Below, piece by piece: positions 15,645 through 30,926 of a stretch of 64,000 nucleotides of DNA; position 1 is the stretch's first letter; the number at the start of each line of letters is the position of its first letter. The position numbers and the translations under genes are program-made. The notes beneath the pieces are model-generated. The model was not told the origin of the DNA. It saw only the letters and a list, made by a program, of their open reading frames with translations, and did no database searches. The DNA comes from Eledone cirrhosa (taxonomy: Eukaryota): the NCBI GenBank assembly GCA_964016885.1, contig OZ024742.1, positions 9,424,001 through 9,488,000 on the forward strand. The letters run 5' to 3'.

Positions 15645-15828
15645 GGAGGTGTGCTAAGGAGCCAGATGGACCATAACGCACCAGAGTACTCAATACTTAG
15701 GGTAGTAGAGTGGGTAATAGGAAAATGTTTAACACCGACGGCAGACCACAAGCCGTTTCGACGGTTATTTCTGGACCTGAAATACCCATCGGGGTTGAGC
15801 TCTGCCGTCGGGGTTAAACATTTTCCTA
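15645..15828 (-). mobile_element. diverged PLE pseudo-LTR tip with foldback
   Basis: Similar to 11258-11449; inverted ends ataggaaaatgtttaac / gttaaacattttcctat. Confidence 0.7.
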
Positions 15829-15832
15829 TATA

Positions 15833-15877
<45 letters not shown>

Positions 15878-16084
15878 CAGTATATAGGAAAATATAAATA
15901 TATATATATTTCTTTAGGTCGTTTTGGAAGCCTCAACAATTCAGATGGGTAAATCTCCGGGTAACAAGATCCGGTGGTGGAGAGAGAGATGTACGTGAAT
16001 GTAGGTTGAGATGTGTAGTGTGTAGAAGAACGTAGGAAACAGTGTAAAGGATAACAATAATAACACGAGATAGAGTTACCTTGG

Positions 16085-16163
<79 letters not shown>

Positions 16164-16176
16164 TGTGTGTGTGTGC

Positions 16177-16212
<36 letters not shown>

Positions 16213-16224
16213 ATGTGTGTGTGT

Positions 16225-16432
16225 GGATGTATGTATGTACATATCGGTAAACATTTATCTATTATTTCTTTAAAATGTCCAAAGAGCTAATGTAGTGTGG
16301 ACTAAATAAATACAACCATCAATCCTTTAAAGTATAAAATATAGTTGGAAATATTATCAATGAGGCACTCAATACTCATCATACGGGTGATAAAGTGACA
16401 TACCATCAAGAGTAAAAATCCTTACATTGAAC
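16225..16432. repeat. dispersed repeat with an inverted copy at ~55276-55500
   Basis: Near-identical reverse-complement match (aaaatgtccaaagagctaatgtagtgtggactaaataaatacaacc). Confidence 0.8.
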
Positions 16433-16480
16433 ACACACACATACACACACACATACGCACGCACACACACACGCACACAC

Positions 16481-16568
<88 letters not shown>

Positions 16569-16572
16569 TTAA

Positions 16573-16801
16573 TGTGATAGGAACATAAACAACAGAAGAA
16601 AAGTAGCCCTTCATAAGCTGTTTACTACGGATCATAGATGTTTCGGTGCTTAAGCTTAAAACAGCTTAAAACTGTTTTAAGCGCCGAAATATCTATGATC
16701 CGTAGTAAACAGCTGATGAAGGGTTACTTTTCTTCTCATGTTTACGCCTTATTACCTTCTTACACATCGTTCTCAGTAACCACACAACATGCCTCATTAC
16801 C
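16573..16801. repeat. TA-embedded foldback module
   Basis: Inverted arms ~16573-16662 and ~16672-16757. Confidence 0.7.
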
Positions 16802-16803
16802 TG

Positions 16804-16830
<27 letters not shown>

Positions 16831-16834
<4 letters not shown>

Positions 16835-17065
16835 TAAAATAACAGATTAAAGTTTAAGCAAAGAATCGCTGCTTTCACCCTTAACGGGATCTTCTGAAAG
16901 ATATATATATATATATATATATGTACCTCAATACTCATCTTTTTCCATTTATCTGAGGGTTCTAAACCCCATTATCAGGCTAAAATTTCTTTAGTCAAAA
17001 AATACGGTGAAAGCTATTCTATTTTCTAATTTCAAACCTGTTCACTGTTTCAAAACATACTTACT

Positions 17066-17068
<3 letters not shown>
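16831..17068. mobile_element. two short TA-embedded fragments of dispersed families
   Basis: 16831-16899 matches 44178-44246; 16925-17068 matches 61323-61562. Confidence 0.7.
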
Positions 17069-17139
<71 letters not shown>

Positions 17140-17156
17140 CCATCTTTGAATTTCTT

Positions 17157-17230
<74 letters not shown>

Positions 17231-17263
17231 AAGAAATTAAAAGATGGTTAAAACAGTTCCATG

Positions 17264-17334
17264 TATTTTATTATGCGCATTTCAAAAACAAATATCATCC
17301 AGGGACGATATTTGCGTTCTCATCAGATAAAATA
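17264..17334 (-). ncRNA. type-I hammerhead motif in foldback module 17227-17450
   Basis: tattttat CTGATGA gaacgcaaatatcgtcc-ctg-gatgatatttgttttt GAAA tgcgca TA ataaaata (8-bp stem I). Confidence 0.75.
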
Positions 17335-17746
17335 GGGAGATATGATATGAAGCTTAAAATAACACTTGTGTCTAAACAACATATTGTTTTTGAAATGCGT
17401 ATAATAAAATACATGGAACTTTTTTAAACATCTTTTAATTTCTTCTTATATATACTCGAGTCCAATAAACTGTTGAGTGCTACTTATCCGATATTTGCAT
17501 TGATATATTGTGCTACAATAAAACTCACCTCTTACATATATATATATATAAATTTTAGTACAGCATAGACGAAGCTCTAGTATACGGCCAAGCTAGCGTG
17601 TATGCTTATTCGGTTTGTAGCTTTAACACTCATATGTGGTAAGACCCCAGAGTATAACATTATGATCAGACAGCTTAGCAAATTAGATATAGCAGTCGGC
17701 AGTCCGACCGCATCACTAGAGCAACGGAAATACAGGACCCAGGTAA

Positions 17747-17789
<43 letters not shown>

Positions 17790-17876
17790 TATATAATTAT
17801 GCGGGGATTCCCGATGGGTATTTTGAGGTGACCACAGTTAATAACTGTACTCGATACGTTAGTGTAGTATGGACAT

Positions 17877-17924
17877 CTTACCTGATGATGCCATACGAAT
17901 GAAACAGTTCTAGATCTGTAGAAG
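17877..17924 (+). ncRNA. degenerate hammerhead motif (family of 49699-49749)
   Basis: cttac CTGATGA tgccatacgaat GAAA cag-ttctagat-ctg TA gaag. Confidence 0.5.
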
Positions 17925-17955
17925 TCATTTCGATATCGAATAAAAATATAGATAT

Positions 17956-18039
<84 letters not shown>

Positions 18040-18049
18040 GCGTGTGCGC

Positions 18050-18112
<63 letters not shown>

Positions 18113-18123
18113 TGTGTGCGTGT

Positions 18124-18156
<33 letters not shown>

Positions 18157-18544
18157 CTGTCTTGCGTGCGTACATGCGTGCGTTTGTGAGTGCCATGTGT
18201 ATCTGTTGTATGTGAGACATGAATGGAATTCTTGTTCCCTGTACCAGACACCCACAATGCCTCCTCCTCTCTTAAGCTCCTATCCAGTATGTCTAGCAGA
18301 CTGCGTGTCACTAAAGTATTATAACAGATGTAGTTTGTTTTACTTCTTAATTATCCCTGTCATACGTAACGCTGCTAACATAAACTTTCAACTTCCTTCT
18401 GACGGTTTCATTTCTCTCTAGATTTATTGTTATTATTATCCCGCCGAGCTTTGTATTTCATTCTTACAATTTAATCGACTTTCCCCTCCCCCAAATGGAT
18501 GGTCTTGTGCCCATATTAGAAACAATTATTACTATCAATATTAT

Positions 18545-18668
18545 AGCAGTAGTAGTGGTATTAGAAGCAGCAGCCACATCAGTAGTAGTAGTAGTAATAG
18601 TAGTAGTAGTAGTTGTAGTAGTGGTGGTGGTGGTAGTAGTAGTAGTAGTTGTAGTAGCAGTAGTGGTG

Positions 18669-18736
<68 letters not shown>

Positions 18737-18773
18737 TGCAACAGCAGCAGCGGCGGCACCGCAGCAGCAGTAA

Positions 18774-18845
<72 letters not shown>
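18545..18845. repeat. (TAG)n/(TGG)n/(CAG)n trinucleotide array
   Basis: Seen directly. Confidence 0.95.
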
Positions 18846-18846
<1 letters not shown>

Positions 18847-19062
18847 CTTACTTTTATTGCATATTCTCACTGTATTACCGTACAGAGCTGTCTGTGGACT
18901 GGGAATGTGTATTGTTAGTTTCTTCTGTGTAGTGTCTATTATATTAAGTGGCCTCTTCGTAATATGCGATGTGTATTGTGGTGTTATTCTTTGTATGCTG
19001 TATTTATTGGTAAGTTCTGGGGTTTAATTTATGTATCTGTGTGTTTTATTATTCTCAGACAA

Positions 19063-19654
19063 TCTTTATCTTTATATATATAAAAGCGAGGATGTGTGTG
19101 TGTCTGTGTACAACTTTGCATACTTAAGGCTTTTACAATTACCAACTGAATTTGACTAAATTTTCTGTGCACGTTGCACAGGTCGCTAAGATTATCACAT
19201 CACAAACATTTTTCAAATCGACCCTCGTTGAGCAATAAAAAATCGATATCAAAATTATCGGTAGAAAAATTGATGTAAAGGAGATATCAAACTTTATTGA
19301 CAATCCTTATAAAAAAGGGAGATAACCAACTTTTCAGAAATATAAACATCACATTCATTTGAAGATAAATCACTAATATTATCGTTTGTTTCTTGTTTAT
19401 TCTTTGTTGCACTTTCAAAGTTAACGTGTATTGTCTTTAATCATTTGTATAACTACATCCTGTTCAGTGTTTTCCTTCATCATCAGCATAGTTTTATGTG
19501 TACAAAGATTGCACTAAATATTCGTTTGCATTAATTATTGAAGACTTCTGCTTATTTTGACAGGTTGGGGACAAATAATGTTCTTCTTTTACTTCCTAGC
19601 TGTATATTCTTAGCATAATTTCAAACGTCGAACAACGCCGGGTAAATCTGCTCG
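19063..19654 (+). mobile_element. non-autonomous Helitron
   Basis: 5' a|tc...tatataaaagcgaggatgtgtgtg as at 20911; 3' hairpin gtcgaacaacgccggg followed by ctcg|t (CTAG variant). Confidence 0.65.
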
Positions 19655-19787
19655 TCTATTGTTAAAGGAATTCTGTTTTCTTCCTCCACATTTGGGTTAT
19701 TTCTATTGGCAGGTTTTTATATTTGGAGAAGTTCTAAAGTTGCTTCATATATAGTCGTATTATTAATATTGTTGTATATGTAGTTGC

Positions 19788-20255
19788 ATGGATTGGCAGT
19801 ATCGGTAGAGAGTCGGACACTATGTTTTGCAGCATAGAGTTACGGCCTTTTATGGTCTGAGTTAAAATCTCACCGAGGTTAACTTTGCCTTTCATCCTTA
19901 CGGGGTCGATATAATAAAGCACCAGTAATGTATTGGGGAAAATTTAATCAATGTTCCCCTCCCCCAAATTACTGACCTTGTGCCTATAATAGAAATCATT
20001 ATTAATATTGTTTTAGATATAGTCGTATTATTAATATTGTTGTATATAGTCGTATAGGTGGATTGGCAGTATTGTTAGAAGGTCGGACGCCATGCTTTGC
20101 AACACAGAGTTGCAGCCCTTTACGGCCTGAGTTCAAATTCCGCCGAGGGTAGCTTCGCCTTTCATCCTACGTGGTCAATAAAATAAAGTACCACTAATGC
20201 ATTGGGGTAATTGCTGGCCTTGTGCCAAAAGTCGAAGCAATTATTAATATTGTTA
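19788..20255 (+). mobile_element. two tandem tRNA-derived SINE copies
   Basis: SINE cores at ~19788-20010 and ~20057-20255, both preceded by tagtcgtattattaatattgttgtatat. Confidence 0.75.
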
Positions 20256-20774
20256 TTATTATTTTCTTATGTTTTGTCTCGATAAAATATCTTTGAATCT
20301 GTTCCGTAAGTTTGGTTTTTCTTTGCCTATACAGATATCGTCTGGCTAAGCCATCCGAGGATATACAGAACCAAAGGATTTCCTTCTCACTGCGGAATAT
20401 AATTTCGTCACCACTAAAACATTTGTTTTCTTTTATCGCATAACCCCTGTTATAGAGTGGTAGTAGTGTCGTAGTGACATATGGCATTTCTTGAATATTT
20501 TAAAACCTGGTGACGCCAATTCCTCTCCAGGCCTGCAAACAGCAGAGAGGAAATGCGAATGAGAAATAGAGGAAAAATCGACTCTAGTACTTCACTTGTA
20601 CTTTTTAGTGACCTCGAATGGAAGAAAGGCAAAGTCGAGGTCGGCGAAATCTGAATTCAGAGAACAGAGTTCCTGAATGAATATCACAGAACACTCTATC
20701 TGACGTTCTAACGGATTGTTTGTCACCAATTTGTCACCATTACAACAAATGTACCGTCATCAGTAACGGACGAG

Positions 20775-20831
<57 letters not shown>

Positions 20832-20910
20832 GTCTTCACATCACACATGTGTATATATATGTCTTATATATATATATATGTCTTTACATCACACATGTTC
20901 TATTACTTAA

Positions 20911-23900
20911 TCTATATAAATCTGAGGATGTGTGTGTTAAGGTTTGTAACGTATGCACGTCCACAATTTCCAACGGATTCTATTCAATGTCGGGACAATT
21001 ATACCCTTTGGTCAGGAAAAGTTGATGAAGCAAAACAATTTCAAATCCATCAACAATAAGGGCAAAAATCGATCATGATCATTCCTCCTCTCTATAATTT
21101 AACTGCTTTACTCTCTCTGTCCCTCTTCACTCCCTATATGACATCACTGCAGAGAGAGAAACAATGTTTATGATCAAATGGAGCGTTCCGTATATTCCCT
21201 CTCTCTATAATTTAACTGCTTTACTCTCTCTGTCGCTCGTCACTCCCTATATGACAACACTGCAGTCAAGCGTTCCGTATTGACATACGGCTTATGTGGG
21301 GCATTTTCAATCGGCTTATTGTAAATAACAAGTCGCAAAATAACACTTCATATAACAGATTAATGCTATAGACCTATGAATCGGAATGTAACCCGTGAAC
21401 TTTTTCCTGGGCAGAATTATTCGAACAGACATGACCTCATTGCCAGAGTGTTCAGACTGAAACTGGCTAACTCATGGCTTTAATCAAAAAGGGTCAGGTA
21501 TTTGGGGCTGTAAAATGTGACATCTTCAACGTCGAATGGCAAAAACGAGGGCTGCCACATGCTCACATTTTGATTTGGTTAGCTGATAAAATCAATTCAA
21601 ATGCCATAGACAGCTTCATTTCGGCTGAAATCCCTAACCCAGAAACTGACCAGAAATTACATGACATCGTCAAAGCTAACATGGTCCGTGTGCGTCGGGT
21701 CCTAATGGGCATTACACGTGTCTGAAAGGGAGGTCATGCAGTAAGGGATACCTCCAAAAATTTGTTGTCCTGACTCAGACTGGTGGCGACGGTTACCCCC
21801 TGTACAGGCGGAGAAGGCCCGAGAACGGTGGATTCACCACAACAGTAAAGGGAGGTCAAGTCGACAATAGATTGGTGGTCCCTTACTGCCCGCTTCTCAT
21901 GAAGAAGCGGACAGTAAGGGACCACATCAACGTTGAGTTTTGCAACTCCGTTAAGTCGATAAAATACATATGCAAATATGTAAATAAGGGCTCTGATGCC
22001 GCAATGTTCTCATTTCAATACCTGGCGGGGCGGTACATCTGAGCAATGAAGCTTTTTAGCGCCTATTTGGTTTACCCCTACACCAACGGCACACCGCCAT
22101 CGTACAGCTTGCGGTACATTTGGAAAATGGGGCAAAGGGTTTACTTTACGGACCAAACCGTCGCCAAGTTGGCCGCCAATCCGAAAGGGTTTCTTCAAAC
22201 TTTGCCAGTTCGATACATTTGCGCAAACAATTGTGTACCCGCAGGTTCCATCCTACTTTATATGGTCGAAAAACACTTGGGTGCAAAGAAAGTCAGGTCA
22301 GGCTGTTGAAAGACATCCTGATGTAAAATTTGACAGCTGTCTTGGAAGGGTTTACACTGTGCCCCCAAGTCAGCATGAGTGCTTTCATCTCTGCCTTCTT
22401 CTGCATGAAATTGTAGGCCCACAAAGTTTTCAGGACCTCAAAACTGTTGATGGAGAAATATGTGATACGTACTGGGAAGCCTGCTTTAAGCGAGGTCTTT
22501 TGGAAGATGATTCGCAATGGGATTCCACTTCAGCAGAGGGTGCTTTGTTGAAATCACCTAAAGGTCTACGGAACTCTTTGCCATTTTGCTTCAAAAGTGT
22601 GAATTGGGTGATCCAAATCTTTATGGGTCAAGTACAGAGACTTCATGTCTGAGGACTTCCTGCGCCTAGCTTATCTGCGGTATACTTCAGTGGAAGTTGG
22701 TTACAGCGACATTATTTACAACAGGGCACTCATTGATATCGAGGACGCCCTTCTCAACATGGGTGGGAGTGAGTTGGCGACGTATGGCTTGCCGTCAACC
22801 GCCAGAGAGGAAGCTAACACGTTGGCCCCGGATTTGTTGCGGGAAACAGCATTTGACATCGAATCTCTTTTCCAATACTTAGAGGAAAATGAGCCCAAAC
22901 TTCTGTCGGACCAAAGGTTGGCCTATTTAACTATCATTGACGCGGTTCAAAATCAGACTGGGGGTATTTACTTTCTCGATGCTCCTGGGGGTACCGGAAA
23001 AACTCTTGTAACGAAATTGATTCTCGCTAAGATTCGTCAGGAGAAAAAAAATTGCGTTGGCCGTTGCATCGTCCGGGATCGCTACTACTTTGCTGCCGGG
23101 AGGCAGGACAGCACATTCAACCTTTAAACTCCCCTTCGATTTAGTAAAAGCTGAGACACCAACATGCAATATCAGCAAGAGTTCACACGAAGCTCTAGTT
23201 CTCAAAAAATGTTACCTCATTGTTTGGGATGAGTGCACAATGGCACACAAGATTGCCCTTGAGGCATTGGACAGGACCCTGAAATACATTAGGGATTCTA
23301 CGGCTCCTATGGGTGGCGTAACCCTTCTGCTATCAGAGGATTTTAGGCAAACGCTGTCTGTCATCCCCAAAGGGACAAGAGCTGATGAAGTGCGTGCCTG
23401 CCTTAAGTTGTCCATGTGGATCCAGGTGAAGAGTTTGTACCTGAGCACAAAAATGCGTGCTCATTTGCATGGTGAGAACATGTCTGCAGCATTTGCTCAG
23501 AACATTTTAGCACTGGTGAGGGCAAGGTCCCTGCGGATGACAAGGGCAGCATAGCAATTGACTCCCTGTGCAACATTGTGAGCAGCCCTTCTGACCCTTG
23601 GGAAGCAGTTTTTCCTAATGTCTCATTTAACTTTAAAAACCTCGATTGGCTCAGCGAAAGAGCCATCCTTGTTCCGAAAAATACCATGGTTAATTTTATT
23701 AACTAGCAGCTGATTGAGAAGAATCCTGGTAAAGAGCACATCTTCAAATTTATCGACCGGCCGCCAGACCCCGACGATATCGTTAATTATCCGGTTGAGT
23801 TATTAAATTCCCTTGAGTCCCCAGGGCTCCCACCTCACATCGTAAGCTTAGGGTTGGCTGTCCCATTATGCTAATAAGGAACTTGCGTCCACCAAAGTAG

Positions 23901-24577
23901 CGCAATGGTACTCGTATGGTCTTTAAGTCACTGACGGCCCCACTTGATTGAGGCCACCATTGTAACGGGGTCCGGGAGAGGGGAGAATGTTTTCATTCCA
24001 AGGATGAACCTTTACCCCTCGGTGTCAGATATCTCGTTCGATTTCCGGCGATCCCAATTCCCGGTGAGACCATGTTTTGCCATGTCCATTAACAAGTCAC
24101 AAGGACAAATATTGTCGGTGACGGGCATCCATTTGGAGGAGCCATGCTTCTCCCATGGCCAACTTTATGTTGCCTGTTCCCGCGTAGGGAGCAGGAATGG
24201 ACTTTTTGCTTACACTCCTCAAGGGATGACACGCAATATCGTTTACAAAGAGGTACTATAGATGTTGGTGCAGGTGTTGGAGGTGCTGGAGCTATACGGT
24301 CTGGAAAACAGGTAGGGTCACCCATCGCGGACAAATCTGACACCCAGCGGCATCAGGGCCACCATCTTGCAACTTTGGTCTACTAAATTCGCTATTGGAA
24401 GATTATTAATCCATCATTCATTGTCGAAATGGCTAATTGGTTCGTAACTTTTAATAACCGGTTCAACTGCTTTATGCACTTAATTGATAAGCTTATTCGC
24501 TTTCAAACCACGTTTACCTGTATGTAACTTTTCATAGCAAATGAACAAACCCGAGCAACGCCGGGCTAAACTGCTAG
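20911..24577 (+). mobile_element. Helitron, internally deleted and decayed
   Basis: 5' A|TC, 3' hairpin cccgagcaacgccggg (24550-24565) then CTAG|T; RepHel remnants inside. Confidence 0.9.
21290..24261 (+). pseudogene. Helitron Rep (HUH/Y2)-Pif1 helicase pseudogene
   Basis: [77 protein letters not shown]; many frameshifts and stops. Confidence 0.92.
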
Positions 24578-25090
24578 TATTCTATATATTGTACTAAAAA
24601 ATCAGAACATGTTATCACTGACTTGCATGAATACATGTCTAGGCTATGTGCTCGCACTAACAAGAATATCAGTAACAGAAACGGCAGCCATTACTTTTAC
24701 CAATAAATTCAAACATATATCTATTGTGTAATGTTGCAGGTTGTTCTTTATGTGGCTATTTTCTTGTAATAATACACTCTACTCTATCAGGATGTCCAAC
24801 ATAGATCTCCTATAAATTATATTTGCAGGCGTAACATTATAGTAGCTAGTACATCGAGTATTTAAAAGCTCAACTAGCTGTGTAATTTCAATTGTTGAAA
24901 TACAAATTCTTTGAAACATGTTGATCTTATGAACGACTCCCATCTGACTTAAGAAATGGACAGTACAGATGTGCTGATTACCATATAGACTGATTACTAG
25001 CTAAGAGAGAAAGATATAGGAGAGAGACAGAGAGAGGGAGAGAGAATGATAGAGATAGATAGATAGATAGATAGATAGATATATATATAT

Positions 25091-25142
<52 letters not shown>

Positions 25143-25150
25143 CGGAAAAG

Positions 25151-25191
<41 letters not shown>

Positions 25192-25206
25192 TAGATAGAT
25201 AGATAT

Positions 25207-25254
<48 letters not shown>

Positions 25255-25383
25255 CGAGAGAGAGGGAGAGAGATAGAGAGAGAGAGAGAGAAAGAGTGAT
25301 AGAGATAGATAGATAAATAGTGAGAGAGAGAGAGATAGAGAGAGAGAGAAAGAGTGATAGAGAGATAGAGAGATAAATAGTGA

Positions 25384-25459
<76 letters not shown>

Positions 25460-25802
25460 CACATTATATTCTAAAGATAAAACGAAGTAAGATATTTAAG
25501 ACATGCCACGGTAATATTTAGAATGGACCAGAGCATAAGAATGCGAGGTGAGTGAATATCCAAGGAATGTTTTGAGACTAGAGATTGATAAATTTATATA
25601 TACCAAGGCAACTAATTGGCAGAGTCAGTAGAGCGTCGGATAGTATGATTTGCGTTATTTGTCTTATTACACGCGCTTCGCAGAGGATGCTGGGTAAACT
25701 TGAGTCAATCCTCTGCGAAGTATACAAATCAGGTCGATACAAAATAGAAGACTACATATAAACGACAAATCATCGTTTTCTTAACTCAAACACACACACA
25801 TT

Positions 25803-25960
25803 TCTACGGCTATTTCTGGACTGTCCAGAAATAGCCGTCGAAACGGCTTGAGCTCTGCCGCCGAGGTCCTGACTCTTTTCCTATTTCCTAATCTACTACA
25901 CAAAGTATCGAGTACTCTGTTGCATTATGGTCTACATGGTTCCTTACCACACTTCCTTCG

Positions 25961-25961
<1 letters not shown>
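25803..25961 (+). mobile_element. PLE pseudo-LTR tip with short foldback
   Basis: Similar to 32426-32562; inverted repeat acggctatttctgga / tccagaaatagccgt. Confidence 0.7.
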
Positions 25962-26680
<719 letters not shown>

Positions 26681-26700
26681 CACACACACACGTATATATT

Positions 26701-29033
26701 CTAGGGCGGGTAACATTCCCGAGATCCATGGACGAGTTCTCTCCAGCGGTCTCTGTCCCTCATTATCGCTGCCATGTCCTGCGTCTCCAACAGACCAGTG
26801 TCTGTCCTTAGGGCATCAACATACGTTAACATTGGTCTTCCTCTTCCAGTGTGTCCATGCAGGGGCTGCCACAGGAGCACTGAGTGCAATGTCAACTCTG
26901 GATGTCGGTGAGCATGCCCAGCTAACCTCAGTCTCCTCTGTGTTACTTTTGAGCTGATTTTTGGGAGGCTCCCATACAGCTCTGAGTTTTTTCATCCTCA
27001 GTGTATACTGATTAATGTTCAGAGCCATCCTCAGAATTCTCGTGTAGCACCCATCCACCATCTGAGTGAGTTTCTTGGTCAGTGTCCAATTCTCAGACCC
27101 GTACAGCAGCAATGAAGAGGCGGATTTTCAGGTCTTTACGAAGGTCCGACTTCCACACCGATCTCAAGCTGTGGCACGCCGCCCAGGCTTTGCTCTTCCT
27201 CTCAACCACATCAACTTCCGTATTCCCAATGTTTGCAGCCAAATACAGGAAGTCCTCAACCAATTCTAGCGGCTTTCTGCCTACATCTGGCTTCTCAAAA
27301 TTCTCTACCAGATATTTTGTTTTAGTTTCATTCATTCTCAGCCCCACACTCATCGACACAGTCTCAACCTCCTGCATCAAATCCTCTGACTCCTTCACTG
27401 TATTTGTCACCAAAACTATGTCGTCGGCAAATTCAGCATCTGATATCCTTTTCGCCTTAAATCTCCTGCTCTGAGCCGGTGCTCCAGTAAAGCCAGAGTC
27501 CTGGTATTTCTCCGGTGCAAGGCGCATACAATAGTACACTACGATGATAAAAATGTAGGGAGCCAATGTATCTCCCTGGAGCACTCCAGCCAGTATCTCA
27601 AAGAACTCTGTCATCCCATCAGGTGTAATGACTTGGGCTTTGGTTTTGGTGTAGAGCAGTGATATCAGGTCCACTATCTTCTTGGGGATTCCATAAGCCT
27701 GTAAGATCTTCATCAGGCAGTGACGGTCAACAGAATCAAAGGCCTTCCTAAAGTCAATGAAAACCATGACCGCAGGAAGGCACTTTGCTCTAGCTCCCTC
27801 TAATATCCTCCTCAGTATCAGGATGTGACTGGTGGCTGATCCACCCTCTCTGAAGCCGTTCTGGTTGTCCCTAAGCTTCTTCTCCATCTCAGGCTGGATT
27901 CTGTTAAGAATGATGCTGTTGAGGGTCTTTGCCACAAGTAACGTCAGTGAGATCCCCCCTGTAGTTGTTGGTGTTAGAGAGATCTCCCTTCTTTGGCACT
28001 GGGACGATGATACTGATCCTCCACTGATTCGGAGCAACTCCTTTCTCCAGTGCCTGGTTACAGAACCCCAGGATGATATCAACAAAATCACACCACTTCA
28101 TCGCTCCATCTTCTCATGAGCCTTGCCCTCCTTCATCTTCTTCTTGGCTCTCTGAGGCTTCTCCCTGCCGAAGCGCTCTATCTCAATATCCAGTTCTTCA
28201 AACAGCGGCCTGATCTCCCCAGTGCTCTGGGCTGTAGAGGGAGGCTCTCCTAGTAGAGTCCTAAAATGGTCTAGCCATTTCCTCTTCCTATCCTCGGACC
28301 CTGTTCCCTGGATCTGACTCGGACACCTTCTCTTCCTCCCTGTGATCTCGTTGATGATCTTCCAGCTCTCCTTACATCCAGACCTGTCAACCGCTCTCTC
28401 CACACTTCTGATCTTCTCTATCAGTGCTTCCTCTCTGGCCTCAGTGTAAGCGGTATAGAGTTTTTCCCTCATCACCTCCACAGTCTCCATTCTCTCCTCT
28501 GTAGTATCAGCATAGAATTGGTCCTTGGCAGCTTTCAGGTGTTCTGTGGCTGCACACACTTTTGGGTCTGCAGAGCTGACGTGCTTCCTTTTGTTCTTTC
28601 TCCTCGGCACCAGGTCGGTGCCGAGGAGAAAGAACAAAAGCAAGCACGTCAGCAGGTCTCACTTGCTTCCGCCACTGTATTGGTGAAGTGCCCGTACCTC
28701 CTCGTCACACTCTCCCCAGTCCTTCCAATCTCTCTCTCTCCTCTGTCCCTCCAAACAGAGAACTGAACCTGTTCCTCACTTCCACTGTGAAGATTTCCTG
28801 TAGCTTATCATCTTCCTTGAAAGCTCCCCAGTCATAGATTGCCCTCCGGGGCTGAGTCTTGCTCTTTCTTAAGCTCACCCGGACCTCACTCATAACAAGC
28901 CGGTGGTCACTACCCAGTGCACTGAAATAGAGGTATGGTTCTGTGTTCAGAACACTATTCCACCACTTTTTCCTCACCAGAATGAAATCAATCTAGGCCT
29001 TGGACAGGTGCATATCTGAGATGTAGGTCCACA
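26701..29033 (-). mobile_element. 5'-truncated RTE-clade LINE (APE end + RT pseudogene)
   Basis: GSDHRLV (APE end), FIDFRKAFDS, GVLQGD, FADD, LLYGSENWTL, RLAGHAHRH; frameshifted. Confidence 0.9.
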
Positions 29034-29191
29034 TCTATATATATATAACCAAAGATTAATATGGTTCCTTGATTACTCAACGAATACAGTTTTACAATAG
29101 ATTAGAAGCACTCAACAGTTGGGTTCGTGGAGTTTTTAATATTATTCAAAATGTTAACAAATGAAAAATATTCGCATAACCAAAATATATA

Positions 29192-29253
29192 CATTATTAT
29201 ATATATTTCAAAGGTACTGTGCTGTTTTTTCAGTACGTCCTCATCAGACAAAA
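29192..29253 (-). ncRNA. type-I hammerhead motif in module 29047-29430
   Basis: ttgt CTGATGA ggacgtactg...cagtaccttt GAAA tatata TA ataa; adjacent 50-bp foldback 29254-29369. Confidence 0.6.
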
Positions 29254-30074
29254 TATATGATTTGATATATGACATACCGCTACGGTCTTGATTATTTAAT
29301 TTCCATATTGCCAATACGGGAATTGAATAATCAAGACCGTAGCGGTATGTCATATATCAAATCATATATGACAGTATATAATAGTATCAACAATAGAAAG
29401 ACCAATAGAAATATCGTTTCGTTGGTCTGATTTAACGAGTTTCATCCCAAGAGGTAAGCGAGTGTGGTCTGGGCTCTTGGTGAATCGGATCAAAGCTCTC
29501 CAAGTCAACTTTACATTTCATACATTTGAGGTCGAGAAAAACTGGGCTCCTTTCATCTTTTATCTCTCTCTCCCCTCTCCTCCGTCTTTCTCCTTCTTTA
29601 TCTCTATTTGGAAGAACACGATGATTCACACACGGGGAAGGATGGGCACCCTCAGGTTTAAATGCCCAGAATACGCCGTATATAACCAACAAATGATATA
29701 AAATGATATTTTAAAAAAAAAAAACGCTACTATATTAATAAAGATGTTAGCTTTGATTTCACAGTATAATTTGAAAGAGATTTCACTTCTATCTTTAGCA
29801 TGTGGAGTTCTTAAGTTACGGTTCCTTCCTTAGTATATTTTAAACAAATTCTTTAATATCTATTGTAAGATTCTTACATATCAATTTTCCCAATAACCGA
29901 TCTAATATCTCAATTACTGTTAACTTATTGGAAAGTAAGAAAGTTAAATATCCCAATTATCATGCTACACATACATGCAAGCACGCAAAAATGGATGCAC
30001 ATACTCACACACACATACACGTCCATTGACACACATACATATATGCACACTCACACATTCCCCCCCCCGCCCAC

Positions 30075-30131
<57 letters not shown>

Positions 30132-30217
30132 CATTCATTTGTGCGTTCTTATATGTATGTGTAAGATATTAATTGGGATATTTAACTTTCTTGTTTTATA
30201 TATCACATATGTAAGTT

Positions 30218-30290
<73 letters not shown>

Positions 30291-30926
30291 TTATATAGGA
30301 ACCAGTAAGACCCCGACAGCTGAGCTCAAGCCGTTTCGACGGCTAATTCTGGACTAAATGAAAATTTATCCTGGTATTTAAATAGCCGATCTTCTCAAGG
30401 GGTAATTCCATATATGGTCAAAGTGATTGTCAAAAATCAGTAGTAATTCTGTGGTTGCAAATTAGTAGGGGAGATGGTGGCTAAACCTGCCAGTAGGAGA
30501 AAGAGGGGAGGGGGTGGAGTAGACCCAATCAAGCGTTGGTAGTGCCAGCTACAGCTGGGCATGAGGTCAAAGAAGATACAGGGGAGGGGGAGGGGGAGGA
30601 AGTCGGAACGGTAGGTAGAACAATGGGGGGTAGAAATAGGAAAGAAAAAATACTGAGAGTGAAGAAAAGCAAATAAGTGTAAAGAAAAAAGTAAAGTAAA
30701 TTAAATTCAACGACCTAGGTGTCAGGCTATTGTTAGGCGAGAATAAAATAAAGAAAGAAAGAAAGAAGTAAATAAATAAATAAATAAATAAATAAGGAAA
30801 TAAGTAAGAGAACTAGGTGGGACGGATAAGGCAAGGACCCTTTTAAGAGGTATAAGTACGTAAATGATACGGTGACGGGTCAACAAAAGGGGCCAAAATA
30901 CTAAAGAGACTACCACGAAATAAACA

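Noticed and set aside
18495-18918. Poly-V, poly-L and poly-S ORFs
   Set aside because: Artefacts of the (TAG)n trinucleotide array
25676-25720. 13-bp-stem hairpin (cttcgcagaggat / atcctctgcgaag) as a terminator or ncRNA
   Set aside because: Single occurrence inside a decayed SINE with no supporting context
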